From Candidatus Sumerlaeaceae bacterium (GTDB taxonomy: Bacteria > Sumerlaeota > Sumerlaeia > Sumerlaeales > Sumerlaeaceae), in NCBI GenBank assembly GCA_049968255.1, contig JBMFRB010000008.1:1-64000 (forward strand): 64,000 nt of DNA. Reading direction: 5' to 3'. This document shows positions 47,440 to 57,197 of the stretch, one piece after another. Under the pieces are notes generated by a model. That model made no database searches. It had not been told where the DNA came from and saw only the letters and a program-made list of their open reading frames with translations. The position numbers were made by a program, and so were the translations under genes. The number at the start of each line of letters is the position of its first letter. Within the stretch, counting starts at the first letter, position 1.

Positions 47440-48354
47440 ATGAACGCCAAAAAGCAGTTTGCTCAGGATCTCCTCGGATTGATGTGGGAAGATTATGCCG
47501 CCCGTGTACCGTACGCCAAAACCTACCAAAACATGCTTGCTGAGCTTGGCGGCACGTTCGTCAACGACCACATGGCTTTCCGCACTTTAGCCCTCCGCGT
47601 TGGCGACCACAACCTTGGCATTCCCATCGTCAAGCGCATCTGGGATGCTCTAGGCTTTCAGGAGCGCGGTGCCATTGAGTTCCCCGACACGCATCTCTTC
47701 GCCCGTTATGTTCAGCACGCGGAGCCTGACTTCCCAAAAATTTTCATCAGCGAATTGCGCGTAGACGAGCTGCCAGCAGAAACGGCCCGTCTCATTCGCG
47801 ACAGCGTTGCGAGCTTCCGCGAGATCCTGTCAGACAAAGACGTCCAAACCATTCGCGACCTCGAGGGCGCCTCCGCCTACCCACGCGAGCTCCTCGAACG
47901 CACCTTCGCCTTCTTCAAAACCGTGCCGTGGGATCCGGTCAGCGAGGAAGTGGTCCGAAAGGTCAACGAAATCAGTCAATATGGCGCCTGGGTTCTCCTT
48001 CACGGATACAACGTCAACCATTTCACTGGCTATGTGAATCGCCACGCTGTGGCATCCATTGACGACATCGAAGGCCTCGTGGCCGAGTTGCGCCGCCGCG
48101 GTGTGCCAATGAAGGACGAAATCGAAGGCGAACGCGGCTCGAAGTTGCGCCAGACGGCCACACACGCCGTTCGCGTCCCAGTCACCGTGCGTAAGAGCGA
48201 CGGCTCCTTGGGCCAAATCGAGTGGACTTATGCCTACATGGAGTTTGCCCAGCGCGGCTACGTCGAGGACCCTGCCACCGGAGAAAAGGTCCTCTTCGAA
48301 GGCTTTCTTGGCCCTCAGGCTAAGCAGCTTTTCGAAATGACTCGCGTGAAGTAG
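47440..48354 (+). CDS. DUF1338-family protein (2-oxoadipate dioxygenase/decarboxylase-like)
   Basis: NDHMAFRT, PKIFISEL, QYGAWV...NHFT, LRQTAT, YMEFAQR, FEGF...LFEMT. Confidence 0.8.
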   Translation: MNAKKQFAQDLLGLMWEDYAARVPYAKTYQNMLAELGGTFVNDHMAFRTLALRVGDHNLGIPIVKRIWDALGFQERGAIEFPDTHLFARYVQHAEPDFPKIFISELRVDELPAETARLIRDSVASFREILSDKDVQTIRDLEGASAYPRELLERTFAFFKTVPWDPVSEEVVRKVNEISQYGAWVLLHGYNVNHFTGYVNRHAVASIDDIEGLVAELRRRGVPMKDEIEGERGSKLRQTATHAVRVPVTVRKSDGSLGQIEWTYAYMEFAQRGYVEDPATGEKVLFEGFLGPQAKQLFEMTRVK

Positions 48355-48587
48355 CGGCCCACTGCTTCAGCCCCATCTTCTTTTCGCGCGGCGGCGGAAA
48401 CCTGATATCGCTAAAACAGTGTCGCAAGTTTGCGCCTCTTGTAGGATCTCTGGTCCACGCATGGCATGCGCACGATTTCTCGTATTCCGGTCGTGGAAAG
48501 TGCTCGGGCTCCCAGCTCTTGCCCATGCAAGCTGGGAGCCCCTTTGTCCAAAGTCAAATTCCACGGAACTTCAGCCCCGGGCTCAGC

Positions 48588-50009
48588 TTAGGAGGCCGCC
48601 TTGCCCAGCTTCGGAATTCCCGGCTCGGTCAGCGGGCGCAGGTCGAAAAGCTTTTCAAGTTCTTCCGGGGTGAGTAGCCCCTTGTCCAGGATCACATCGC
48701 GCAGGCTTTTGCCTGTTGCCACAGCCTCCTTGGCCACTTCGGCGGCCTTGTCGTAGCCAATGTAGGTGTTGAGCACTGTCACCATCGAGATCGAGTTTTC
48801 GGCATACCATCGACAGCGCTCCGGATAGGCCGAGATCCCTTTGACGCATCGCTCAGTGAAGGCCTTCATCGCATTCGTGAGAATCTCGAGCATTTCAATC
48901 AAATCGTTGGCAATGAGTGGCATCATGACGTTGAGCTCGAGCTGCCCTGCCTGCGCCGCGTACTGAATCGCCGTCTGATAGCCCATCACCTGAAAACACA
49001 CCATGTTGAGCATTTCTGCCATGACCGGGTTGACCTTGCCCGGCATGATTGAGCTGCCTGGCTGCACGGGCGGAAGCAGGATCTCGGCGAGCCCCGTGCG
49101 CGGCCCGCTCGACAGCAGCCGCAGATCGTTTGCAATCCGGATGAGCTCGACGGCCACCCCCGCCACCACATTCGCCAGAAACACGGAATCATTATGACTT
49201 TGCATCGCCGAGAAGTAGTCCGGCGCCTGCTGAAGCTCCATCCCAAGGTGACGGCTCAGTTCCTCCACCATCATTCGGCGATACTCCGGGTGCACGTTCA
49301 GGCCCGTACCCGCCGCACTGCCACCGATTCCCAGGCGGCTCAAGTCCGAGCGCGCCATTTCAAGGCGTGGCAAAAATGCGTTCAGCGCATCCGCGTAGCC
49401 ACCAAATTCCTGTCCCAAACGAACCGGCACCGCATCCTGCAAATGAGTACGACCGCTTTTGATGATCTCGTCGAACTCGTGCGATTTCTCCTCCAGCACC
49501 GCGATGAGGCCACGCAGGGCCGCCTCGAAATCCGGCAAAAGCCGCAACGCTGCTAACCGGATGGCACACGGCACCACATCGTTTGTGCTCTGGGACTTGT
49601 TGACGTCGTCATTCGGATGAATCTTGCGATTCTTGCGCTCCGTCAGCGGGATACCGAGCAATTCATTGGCGCGATTGGCAATGACCTCATTCGCGTTCAT
49701 ATTCTGCGATGTCCCCGCGCCCGCTTGATAGACGTCCACGATAAACTGATCGTCAAATTTTCCCTCAAGAACTTCGTCGCACGCACGAATAATTGCGTCG
49801 GCCCGCTCAGCATCCAGCAAACCCAGTTTCTTGTGCACGTTCGCCGCTGCGCGTTTGATCTGCACAATGGCCCAGATCCACAGCGGATGCGCCTTGTGGC
49901 GGCTGATAGGAAAATTCTCCGCCGCCCTCAACGATTGGATGCCATAATAAGCCCCTGCTGGAACCTGCTTCTCACCCAAGGAGTCCTTCTCGATACGATA
50001 TTCTGTCAT
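48588..50009 (-). CDS. aspartate ammonia-lyase / class II fumarase family lyase
   Basis: RIEKDSLG, GTSQNMNANEV, QSTND, GRTHLQDA, GSSIMPGKVNP; aspA versus fumC not resolved by eye. Confidence 0.92.
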   Translation of the reverse strand: MTEYRIEKDSLGEKQVPAGAYYGIQSLRAAENFPISRHKAHPLWIWAIVQIKRAAANVHKKLGLLDAERADAIIRACDEVLEGKFDDQFIVDVYQAGAGTSQNMNANEVIANRANELLGIPLTERKNRKIHPNDDVNKSQSTNDVVPCAIRLAALRLLPDFEAALRGLIAVLEEKSHEFDEIIKSGRTHLQDAVPVRLGQEFGGYADALNAFLPRLEMARSDLSRLGIGGSAAGTGLNVHPEYRRMMVEELSRHLGMELQQAPDYFSAMQSHNDSVFLANVVAGVAVELIRIANDLRLLSSGPRTGLAEILLPPVQPGSSIMPGKVNPVMAEMLNMVCFQVMGYQTAIQYAAQAGQLELNVMMPLIANDLIEMLEILTNAMKAFTERCVKGISAYPERCRWYAENSISMVTVLNTYIGYDKAAEVAKEAVATGKSLRDVILDKGLLTPEELEKLFDLRPLTEPGIPKLGKAAS

Positions 50010-50219
50010 GTGTGTCCATCCTCAGTTTGCAAAGTTTACTGTATGCCGGCGCGGGAACCCTGCCACTGCGCCACCGCCGCTCGTCTTGCCAGCGCATAAG
50101 GGACTCCCACTGCGCAAACGTTGTGCTTTTCCTGTTTGACTCAGCAATTTGTCATGAGATGGAAAGCCCAGTTTGCAAGATTTCTTTTGCATAGTTTCTG
50201 GAAGGGGAACTCGGGTAAG

Positions 50220-51938
50220 ATGGGAACCGTCGCACGATTTGCCACGGCAGTGGCTACATGCTTGACAGTTATTGCGTGGGGAGCAGCCCCGCCACCTCAG
50301 GGCGATGCCGATGTCGAAGCACAATCGGCCGCCACTGCAAACGCCAGCGCAAACCAGCACGCCACTCTTCACGAAGCACCGTCTTCCGACGACGTCGCCC
50401 AAATGAACACCGTCCATCAAGGCGCCTCGCAAGCCAACGTGGCGAAACCCACTGCCATCGGCAATAAAGGCGGGGCCACACCCGAAACGGAAAATCTACC
50501 CCTGGACAAGCAGGGCCTCACCGAGTTGCGCAAAAAGCAGCTTGGCCAACCCGAGTTTCGCGGCGCCTGGGTCACACGTTTCGATTGGGCAAGCCAGGAT
50601 CCCGCAACGGTGCGCCAAAACATCCTCCACATCATGGATACAGCCAAAGCTGCCGGCCTGAACGCGGTCGTCTTCCAGGTGCGCGCCGACTGCACGACGC
50701 TCTACCCAAGCAAACTCGAACCTTGGTCGCACATGCTCGGAGGACGTGATCCCGGTTTCGATCCAGTTGAGCTAGCCATTGACGAAGCGCACAAGCGCGG
50801 CCTCGAATTTCACGCCTATATCAACGCTTGTCCCGCCAGCGAGCGCCGTGAAGGGCCGCCCCCCGGGTCGCAGAGCATTTGGTTTGTTCATTGCACCTTG
50901 CAGTCGAATCCCAATTGGCTCGTTTACGAGGGCGGAAAGCCGGCCGAATTCAAAGAATACTGGTGGTTGAATCCGAATTTGCCAGAAGTGCAAACCTACA
51001 TCCGCAGCGTCGTCGTGGACTTTGCCTCGCGCTACGACGTCGACGGCATCCACTACGACCGCATCCGCTTCCCAGGGCCGAAAGTGTCCGACGACCCATG
51101 GAGCAAAGCCCGCTACGCCGGCGACGGCAATCCCAATGGCCTGGACTACGATCGCTGGCAATGCGACAACATCACACGCATGCTCACGGACATCTACGGC
51201 GCCGTCACCGCTCTCAAACCCAACATCAAATTCTCAGCCGCCGTCTGGGGCATTTACGATAAAACAAAGCTGCCGCAGGGTCAGGATACGCGCCGTGGCT
51301 ATTCGTGGACCAGCTCTGGCCTCCAGGACTATCATCAAGACTCCATCGAATGGACGCGACGCGGCTGCATTGACGCCCTTATCCCTATGATCTATTGGGA
51401 GATGGGCGGGAACAAACCCGACTATGACGAGCTCGTGGCCAATTTTGTAAAGCTGGCGGGAAAAAGCCGCCACATCTATGGCGGACAAAAAGTGTTCGAA
51501 GACGTCGAAATGCTACGGCAAGTCGTGGCCACGCGCCTGGTGGGCGGCCTGGGAACATGCCCATTCACGCTCGGTGCGATTGAGAAAAAAGGTTTGGTGC
51601 CCTTTTATCGCTCCACGATTTTCCCTGACAACGTGCCCACACCGTCAATGCCTTGGAAACAGAACCCCAACAAGGGCACGATCCTTGTGTGGGTCAAGGA
51701 TGCCAGCGGCCTGCCCGTGCTCGACGCGCATGTGCGCGTCGAAGGGCGTTCCGACGTTTGGCTTAGCTCGGCTGATGGCTTCTGCGCCATTATCGACGCC
51801 GTGCCAGGCCACAACGTCCTCGCCGCGAAAAAACCCAGCACCGGCGCTCAAGCTCAGCCCGTGGCCGTCGACGTGGCGCCAGGAAAATTCGCCACTGCCG
51901 TGCTCGTTCTCGCTAATCCTGCCGCGCCAGCTCGCTAA
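50220..51938 (+). CDS. secreted glycosyl hydrolase-like 10 (YddW/DUF187 family) protein with C-terminal beta-sandwich
   Basis: EFRGAWV, NAVVFQVR, EAHKRGLEFHA, YDVDGIHYD, PMIYW; tail GTI.V.V.D..G.PV..A.V resembles carboxypeptidase-regulatory-like folds. Confidence 0.85.
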   Translation: MGTVARFATAVATCLTVIAWGAAPPPQGDADVEAQSAATANASANQHATLHEAPSSDDVAQMNTVHQGASQANVAKPTAIGNKGGATPETENLPLDKQGLTELRKKQLGQPEFRGAWVTRFDWASQDPATVRQNILHIMDTAKAAGLNAVVFQVRADCTTLYPSKLEPWSHMLGGRDPGFDPVELAIDEAHKRGLEFHAYINACPASERREGPPPGSQSIWFVHCTLQSNPNWLVYEGGKPAEFKEYWWLNPNLPEVQTYIRSVVVDFASRYDVDGIHYDRIRFPGPKVSDDPWSKARYAGDGNPNGLDYDRWQCDNITRMLTDIYGAVTALKPNIKFSAAVWGIYDKTKLPQGQDTRRGYSWTSSGLQDYHQDSIEWTRRGCIDALIPMIYWEMGGNKPDYDELVANFVKLAGKSRHIYGGQKVFEDVEMLRQVVATRLVGGLGTCPFTLGAIEKKGLVPFYRSTIFPDNVPTPSMPWKQNPNKGTILVWVKDASGLPVLDAHVRVEGRSDVWLSSADGFCAIIDAVPGHNVLAAKKPSTGAQAQPVAVDVAPGKFATAVLVLANPAAPAR

Positions 51939-51999
51939 ATCACCACGGCACAAGTTCGCCCATTGAGCAAAAAAACACGTTTTAAAGATACGGCCAGCA

Positions 52000-53313
52000 T
52001 TACACCACGCGGCTTGTGAGCATCAAGCACTCGAAGGTGCGCTTGCGCAAGGTGGAGACTTTTTCCAGCTCACTGATTTCGGGATGAATGTAGGGATTGC
52101 GATAGTGCTGCAGCTGCGCCAACAGCTCGGCAAAACGCAAAACATCCTGCTCGCCGTCTAGCCCTTTGAGCGAAAGGGGATTGCCAACGAACACCTTGGC
52201 TGTGCGCGTCCCCACAATCGTGTACTCGCGTCCAAAGAACAGCACGATGATGCCTAGCGCCTTCAGCCCGTCTGGCTTGTAACGCTCCTGATGCTCTAAC
52301 ATGCGGAGAAGCGTCTGCCGTACGTTGTCGGCCGTCACATCCCATTCGCGTCCTCGCATGACAACAAGCATGTGTTGGCGCATGTGCACGGAGAGCTTGC
52401 GCTGCGGCCCTTCGAGAAACTCCTCGACGAGCGCATAAGTCTCGGGCTTGCTCAGAAGCTTCGTTATGCGCTTCTGAAGCTTGCGCTTCACTTCCGACTC
52501 TGCCGCGAAGCAGTAAGAGAAGCCCGTGTTGCGCGAAAGGTCGAGCGACTGAGGTCGACGCATCTGCTCGCGATACAAAAACTCCGCACAGCGCAAGCTT
52601 TCCTTCGCGTCCTCCTCGAGCTTATCGTAGCACGCGAGTGCCTCGCTCAGCAGCCGATCGATGTCCTCGACCACACTGTCGGTGAGAATAAGTCCCGTCT
52701 GCTGCACCGCATCGCGCGCCTCTTGGCGCAACCGTTCTGTGCTCGCCCGCACGTAGAGATTGTAAGCCTCCGCCCGCAGGCTTGGGGGAATGTCCTCCTC
52801 GCTAAGAAATTTCACGAGCGTCGGCAAAATCTCACGCACCTGTTCTTCCGGCCGGTAGTCCACAATCTCCGCAAGCTCACGCAGGCGCTGCCTGAGCTCC
52901 TCGTTGCGCCGATATTCCTCATGCGCACGGTCAATGGCCCGGCAAATCTGCTGCAGTTCCTCCTCGATGCGCCCCTTGGCAATCACGCTCGACGCCCCAT
53001 ATTTCTGGGCCAGAGCGCCATCCTCGAATGTTCCCACCGCACTGATGAGAATCACCGGCAACAGCGGGTACTGCGACTTTACCGCCTTGATGAGATCGAG
53101 CCCTTCCGTGTCGCTGCGCATTTGCAGATCGGTGATCACGATTTCCGGCGAGTCGAGCTCGATGCGTTCAAGAGCATCCTCCATGTTGTGCGCCTCAAGG
53201 ACGTCGCAATTGCGCAGCAAGAGGCTGCGCCGCAACGCCTCGCGGTACATTTTGTTATCATCCACGATCAGCACACGCCGCCGAACCGGCTGCTCTGCCT
53301 GAGCCTGGGTCAT
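52000..53313 (-). CDS. response regulator with a HEPN-like C-terminal output domain
   Basis: REC: IVDDN, ITDLQM, ISA, AKG; C-terminal helical domain with FAAESEVK and YRNPYIH; start 53313 (AAGGAG upstream) or 53361. Confidence 0.8.
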   Translation of the reverse strand: MTQAQAEQPVRRRVLIVDDNKMYREALRRSLLLRNCDVLEAHNMEDALERIELDSPEIVITDLQMRSDTEGLDLIKAVKSQYPLLPVILISAVGTFEDGALAQKYGASSVIAKGRIEEELQQICRAIDRAHEEYRRNEELRQRLRELAEIVDYRPEEQVREILPTLVKFLSEEDIPPSLRAEAYNLYVRASTERLRQEARDAVQQTGLILTDSVVEDIDRLLSEALACYDKLEEDAKESLRCAEFLYREQMRRPQSLDLSRNTGFSYCFAAESEVKRKLQKRITKLLSKPETYALVEEFLEGPQRKLSVHMRQHMLVVMRGREWDVTADNVRQTLLRMLEHQERYKPDGLKALGIIVLFFGREYTIVGTRTAKVFVGNPLSLKGLDGEQDVLRFAELLAQLQHYRNPYIHPEISELEKVSTLRKRTFECLMLTSRVV

Positions 53314-53393
53314 TCTCTCGCTCCTTGTGACGGGTCCCCCCCATCTCTCCTCGCCAACCATATTTGGCGCATGTTCACGCTCAGAGTGTCACG

Positions 53394-54134
53394 TCATTCT
53401 TCATCCAACGACGACCCCAGCACGAGTTTCTGCGCATCGATGAGCTCATTGATGCCCTTGCGAGCCAGACGCAACATCTCGTTCAACTGGGCCTCATCGA
53501 AGCACTGATGCTCAGCCGTCCCCTGAATTTCCACAAACTTGTTCGACGCTGTGGCCACAACATTCATGTCCACATCCGCCTGCATATCTTCCACATAGCT
53601 AAGGTCGAGCACAGGATGGCCTTCCACAATACCCACACTCGTGGCCGCCACAAAGTCCATCAGCACGCCCGTGCCCACCTTGCCCTCGCGCCGCAACAGA
53701 CGCACCGCCTGGACAAGCGCAATAAAGCCGCCCGTGATGGCTGCAGTACGTGTGCCCCCATCAGCCTGAATCACATCGCAATCAATGATGATGGTACGTT
53801 CGCCCAACCGGCGCAGATCCGTCACGGCGCGCAGCGAGCGGCCAATCAGCCGCTGGATTTCATAAGTGCGGCCGCCGATTTGGCCTTTTGTTACCTCGCG
53901 CTGAATGCGCTGTTTCGACGATCGCGGCAGCATCGCGTACTCGGCCGTCACCCATCCGATGCCCATGTCGCGGGCATGCGGCGGCACTTTTTCCTCGATG
54001 GTCGCAGTACACAATAGCCGCGTGTCGCCAAGCTCCACCAGCACGCTACCGTCGGCAAACTTCGCATACCCCGGCACAAGGTTCACTGGCCGCTTTTCGT
54101 CGGCGGCTCGTCCGTCGATCCGGATAAAAGTCAT
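53394..54134 (-). CDS. rph: ribonuclease PH
   Basis: [47 protein letters not shown]. Confidence 0.97.
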   Translation of the reverse strand: MTFIRIDGRAADEKRPVNLVPGYAKFADGSVLVELGDTRLLCTATIEEKVPPHARDMGIGWVTAEYAMLPRSSKQRIQREVTKGQIGGRTYEIQRLIGRSLRAVTDLRRLGERTIIIDCDVIQADGGTRTAAITGGFIALVQAVRLLRREGKVGTGVLMDFVAATSVGIVEGHPVLDLSYVEDMQADVDMNVVATASNKFVEIQGTAEHQCFDEAQLNEMLRLARKGINELIDAQKLVLGSSLDEE

Positions 54135-54236
54135 GCTCTCAGACCTCTCAATCAAAATCTCCTGCGCATCTCACCAGGCGCAAAAACATCCCCCAGACGC
54201 AAGTGAAGTTCTGCAGGCCCCCTAGGAATTTACGCC

Positions 54237-55304
54237 CTAAAGCACCTTGCGCAGGCGTTCCCGCAAAAGCTGCGCCCTAACTCTGTCGCGTTCCTCCTCA
54301 CGGATATCGTGTTCCTCGCTCGTCGGGCCGTGAGTCATGACGTAGGCGCGAATGTGGCTTGGCTGAACGGCCACAGCCAGGCGGTTTAGCTCTGCGTGCG
54401 TGAGCCGCGGGAAGAAATCCGCCAACACACCCAGACGCAAGAGCGCCAGCAGCTCCATCGCCTCGCTTGTGCTAATGAGCCGCGCATGCGTGAGGATGCC
54501 ATAGGCGCGCCACACGCGGTCCTCAAGCTGCGGATTGCTCACCAGCTCGCGACGCGCTCGTTCCTCTCGCTCGATGATTTCCTCCATCGCATGCGAGAAA
54601 ATTTCGACAATCTGGCGCTCGTCCTTACCCAGAGTCACCTCGTTCGAAATCTGATAGAATCCCCCATGATTCTCCGTGTGCTCGCCGTAGAAGCCGCGCA
54701 CGGTCATCCCTTGGCTGCGCAGCCACTCCACCACGTGGCGCATCTTGTTCACAATGCTCAACGCAGGTAAATGCACCAACGCGCTCACGCGCAGCCCTGT
54801 CCCCGTGTTCGTGATACACGATGTCAAATAGCCAAATTGCGGTGAAAATGCAAACGGCAGCTCGCGCGCCAACGACTTTTCTAAATCAATCACCTGCTGC
54901 AGTGCTTCATACGGACGAAGCCCCGGCTCCAGCGCATAAACGCGCAGATGATCTTCCTCATTCACCATGATGCCTTCGCGCAAGTCGGCCGAGAGAAACA
55001 GCGCGCGGTGCTTCGGTAGCTTTTCCATCTCCGGCGAGATCAGGTGCACCTCGCGAAGATACTGGCGATCGATCTCCGAGAGGTCCGCCATGTAGAAGCG
55101 GCTGCCCCCTGCGAATTCGGGCTGATGATCGACCACCTTGGCCACGCGCTCGAGCACAGCCGACAGGTCCCTCTCGCCCGCTCGCCGCGGAAACGGCAGT
55201 GCTGGAAAATTCCGCGCATACCGGGCCCGCGTGGAGACTACAACCCCTTCACTTGGCCCGCTGCGTTCTAGCCACCGATCACATTTTAGCAGTTTATCAT
55301 TCAT
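54237..55304 (-). CDS. mcsB: protein arginine kinase McsB
   Basis: STRARYARN, MVNEEDHLR, GYLTSCITNTGTGLR, RGFYGE, YQISNEVTLG. Confidence 0.93.
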   Translation of the reverse strand: MNDKLLKCDRWLERSGPSEGVVVSTRARYARNFPALPFPRRAGERDLSAVLERVAKVVDHQPEFAGGSRFYMADLSEIDRQYLREVHLISPEMEKLPKHRALFLSADLREGIMVNEEDHLRVYALEPGLRPYEALQQVIDLEKSLARELPFAFSPQFGYLTSCITNTGTGLRVSALVHLPALSIVNKMRHVVEWLRSQGMTVRGFYGEHTENHGGFYQISNEVTLGKDERQIVEIFSHAMEEIIEREERARRELVSNPQLEDRVWRAYGILTHARLISTSEAMELLALLRLGVLADFFPRLTHAELNRLAVAVQPSHIRAYVMTHGPTSEEHDIREEERDRVRAQLLRERLRKVL

Positions 55305-55319
55305 TTCCCAGTGCGCCCG

Positions 55320-55859
55320 TCACTGCTCATTTGTCGCCGGGGAAGATTGTGCTTCCTGAAGCTGAGCTTTGAGACGTTTGATTTCGTCGCGCAGGCGCGC
55401 CGCCAGCTCGAAATCTTCCCGGCGCACGGCCACCTCCAGCCGGCGCTGGAGATCGCGGATGGCCAACCGCGGCTCAACCATCGCAGCGTCTTTTTCCGGC
55501 GTACGGCCGCAATGCTGCACCGCTCCATGGTAGCGGCGCAAATCATGCACCACAGCCGCCTCGAATGCCGAGTAGCAGTCGCTACAACCAAGGAACAACG
55601 TCTCGCGATAGCTGCGCAGCGGAAGCCCGCACGTCGGACACTGGCGATCTTGCTCCTCGCTGTGCCGCGCCGCTTGCTCTCCCTCCTTCTTTATGAGCGC
55701 CGACAATATCGCTTGCGGTGTCATTTGAAAAGGATAATGGCTACGCCGGCTTGCGCAACGCGAGCAAAGCCACATCTCTCGCACTTGGCCCTTTACGAGC
55801 TTCGACACTTTCACCGTTGCTGGAGCTTTCTTGCAAATCATGCACTTTCTCTCGTCCAT
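55320..55859 (-). CDS. mcsA: McsB activator McsA
   Basis: Four CxxC motifs (CMIC, CSRC, CPTC, CSDC), H.G..P, UVR domain EDFELAARLRDEI. Confidence 0.92.
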   Translation of the reverse strand: MDERKCMICKKAPATVKVSKLVKGQVREMWLCSRCASRRSHYPFQMTPQAILSALIKKEGEQAARHSEEQDRQCPTCGLPLRSYRETLFLGCSDCYSAFEAAVVHDLRRYHGAVQHCGRTPEKDAAMVEPRLAIRDLQRRLEVAVRREDFELAARLRDEIKRLKAQLQEAQSSPATNEQ

Positions 55860-55946
55860 CGCTCAAGCCCTCTTCCGGCGCGACACAGCAACTTTGTCGC
55901 GAATTCTGGTTATAATTACCCCAATGGAAGCAATCTCACACAACTG

Positions 55947-57071
55947 TTATATGCCGGATCCCACCCCGCCAAGCGGCAGATCTGCACGCGCCTCGAGTTC
56001 GACATAGCGCTGGGGCGCCACCTCGCGCAAGTGCCACGCCAGCCCCGCAATCATGGCCGCGTTATCCGTGCAAAGAATTGGCGGCGGGAAAACTGCACGC
56101 ACAGCCGGCAAATAGTCGCGCACTGCCGACCGCAGCCGGCTGTTGCAGGCCACGCCTCCGACGATGGCCAGCTCCTTCAAATCAAATGCGTTGAGCGCAG
56201 CCGCCGACTTGCGCAAAAGCACCTCCACCACCGCTTCCTGAAACGAAGCACAAAGGTCCGCAACTAACTGCTCGTCGCGCTTGAGCTTTTCTGGCCCCAA
56301 CTCATGCACGATCTTGGCCACGGCTGTTTTCAGACCGCTAAAGCTGAATTCGAACGAGTCGACATCCAGCATGGGGCGAGGCAAAGCGAAACGCTGCCGA
56401 TCACCCTCACGCGCCCACTTGTCCACCACGGGCCCGCCGGGGTAACCCAGGTCGAGCAATTTGGCAACCTTGTCGAACGCCTCACCGGCTGCGTCGTCCC
56501 TCGTCTCACCCAGTAGCTCGAAATGTTGCGGATCGTGCACAAGGATAAGGCTTGTGTGTCCTCCGGACACAACCAGCCCAAGGAACGGGTAGTGGAGCGG
56601 CTCCTTCGAACCAAGCGCCACGTGCTCCGTCGCCTCGGCCTCTGTGCTTTCTACGCGCTCGGCGCTTCCATACACAACGATATTTTTCGTTCTCTGGCCA
56701 ACGTTGCACAGCAACGGCGCATACAAATGCGCCGCAATGTGATGAACAGGAATGAGTGGCTTGCCCACGCAAAACGCCAATGACTTCGCTGTCTCTACGC
56801 CGACAAGCAGCGCCCCGATCAAGCCCGGCCCTTGCGTCACAGCAATGGCATCCACATCGCCCAGCGCTAGTCCTGCCGAATCCAGCACGTCCTCGATCAT
56901 CGGCGCCAGCAGCTGCAAGTGTGCGCGCGAAGCCAGTTCCGGCACAACGCCCCCAAACCGCTCGTGCAACTTCACTTGCGACGCCACGTGATTCACGAGC
57001 ACGTCGCGCCCATCGCGGACAAGTGCCACGGACGTTTCATCGCATGATGTTTCAATTCCTAGAATGATCAT
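55947..57071 (-). CDS. tsaD: tRNA N6-threonylcarbamoyladenosine transferase
   Basis: ILGIETSCDET, GGVVPELASR, HIAAH, VSGGHT, DDAAGEAFDK, TDNAAMIA; start ATG 57071. Confidence 0.96.
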   Translation of the reverse strand: MIILGIETSCDETSVALVRDGRDVLVNHVASQVKLHERFGGVVPELASRAHLQLLAPMIEDVLDSAGLALGDVDAIAVTQGPGLIGALLVGVETAKSLAFCVGKPLIPVHHIAAHLYAPLLCNVGQRTKNIVVYGSAERVESTEAEATEHVALGSKEPLHYPFLGLVVSGGHTSLILVHDPQHFELLGETRDDAAGEAFDKVAKLLDLGYPGGPVVDKWAREGDRQRFALPRPMLDVDSFEFSFSGLKTAVAKIVHELGPEKLKRDEQLVADLCASFQEAVVEVLLRKSAAALNAFDLKELAIVGGVACNSRLRSAVRDYLPAVRAVFPPPILCTDNAAMIAGLAWHLREVAPQRYVELEARADLPLGGVGSGI

Positions 57072-57197
57072 TGTGTTCGTCCGCTTCTCCTCGATAACTG
57101 CCCCTCCGCTGCATCGGCCTCTCCCCTTCGGCATCTTTCTTGCACATACAGCGTTGCAAATGATTTGGTCGAACAAAACAGACACGGAGTCATCGCC

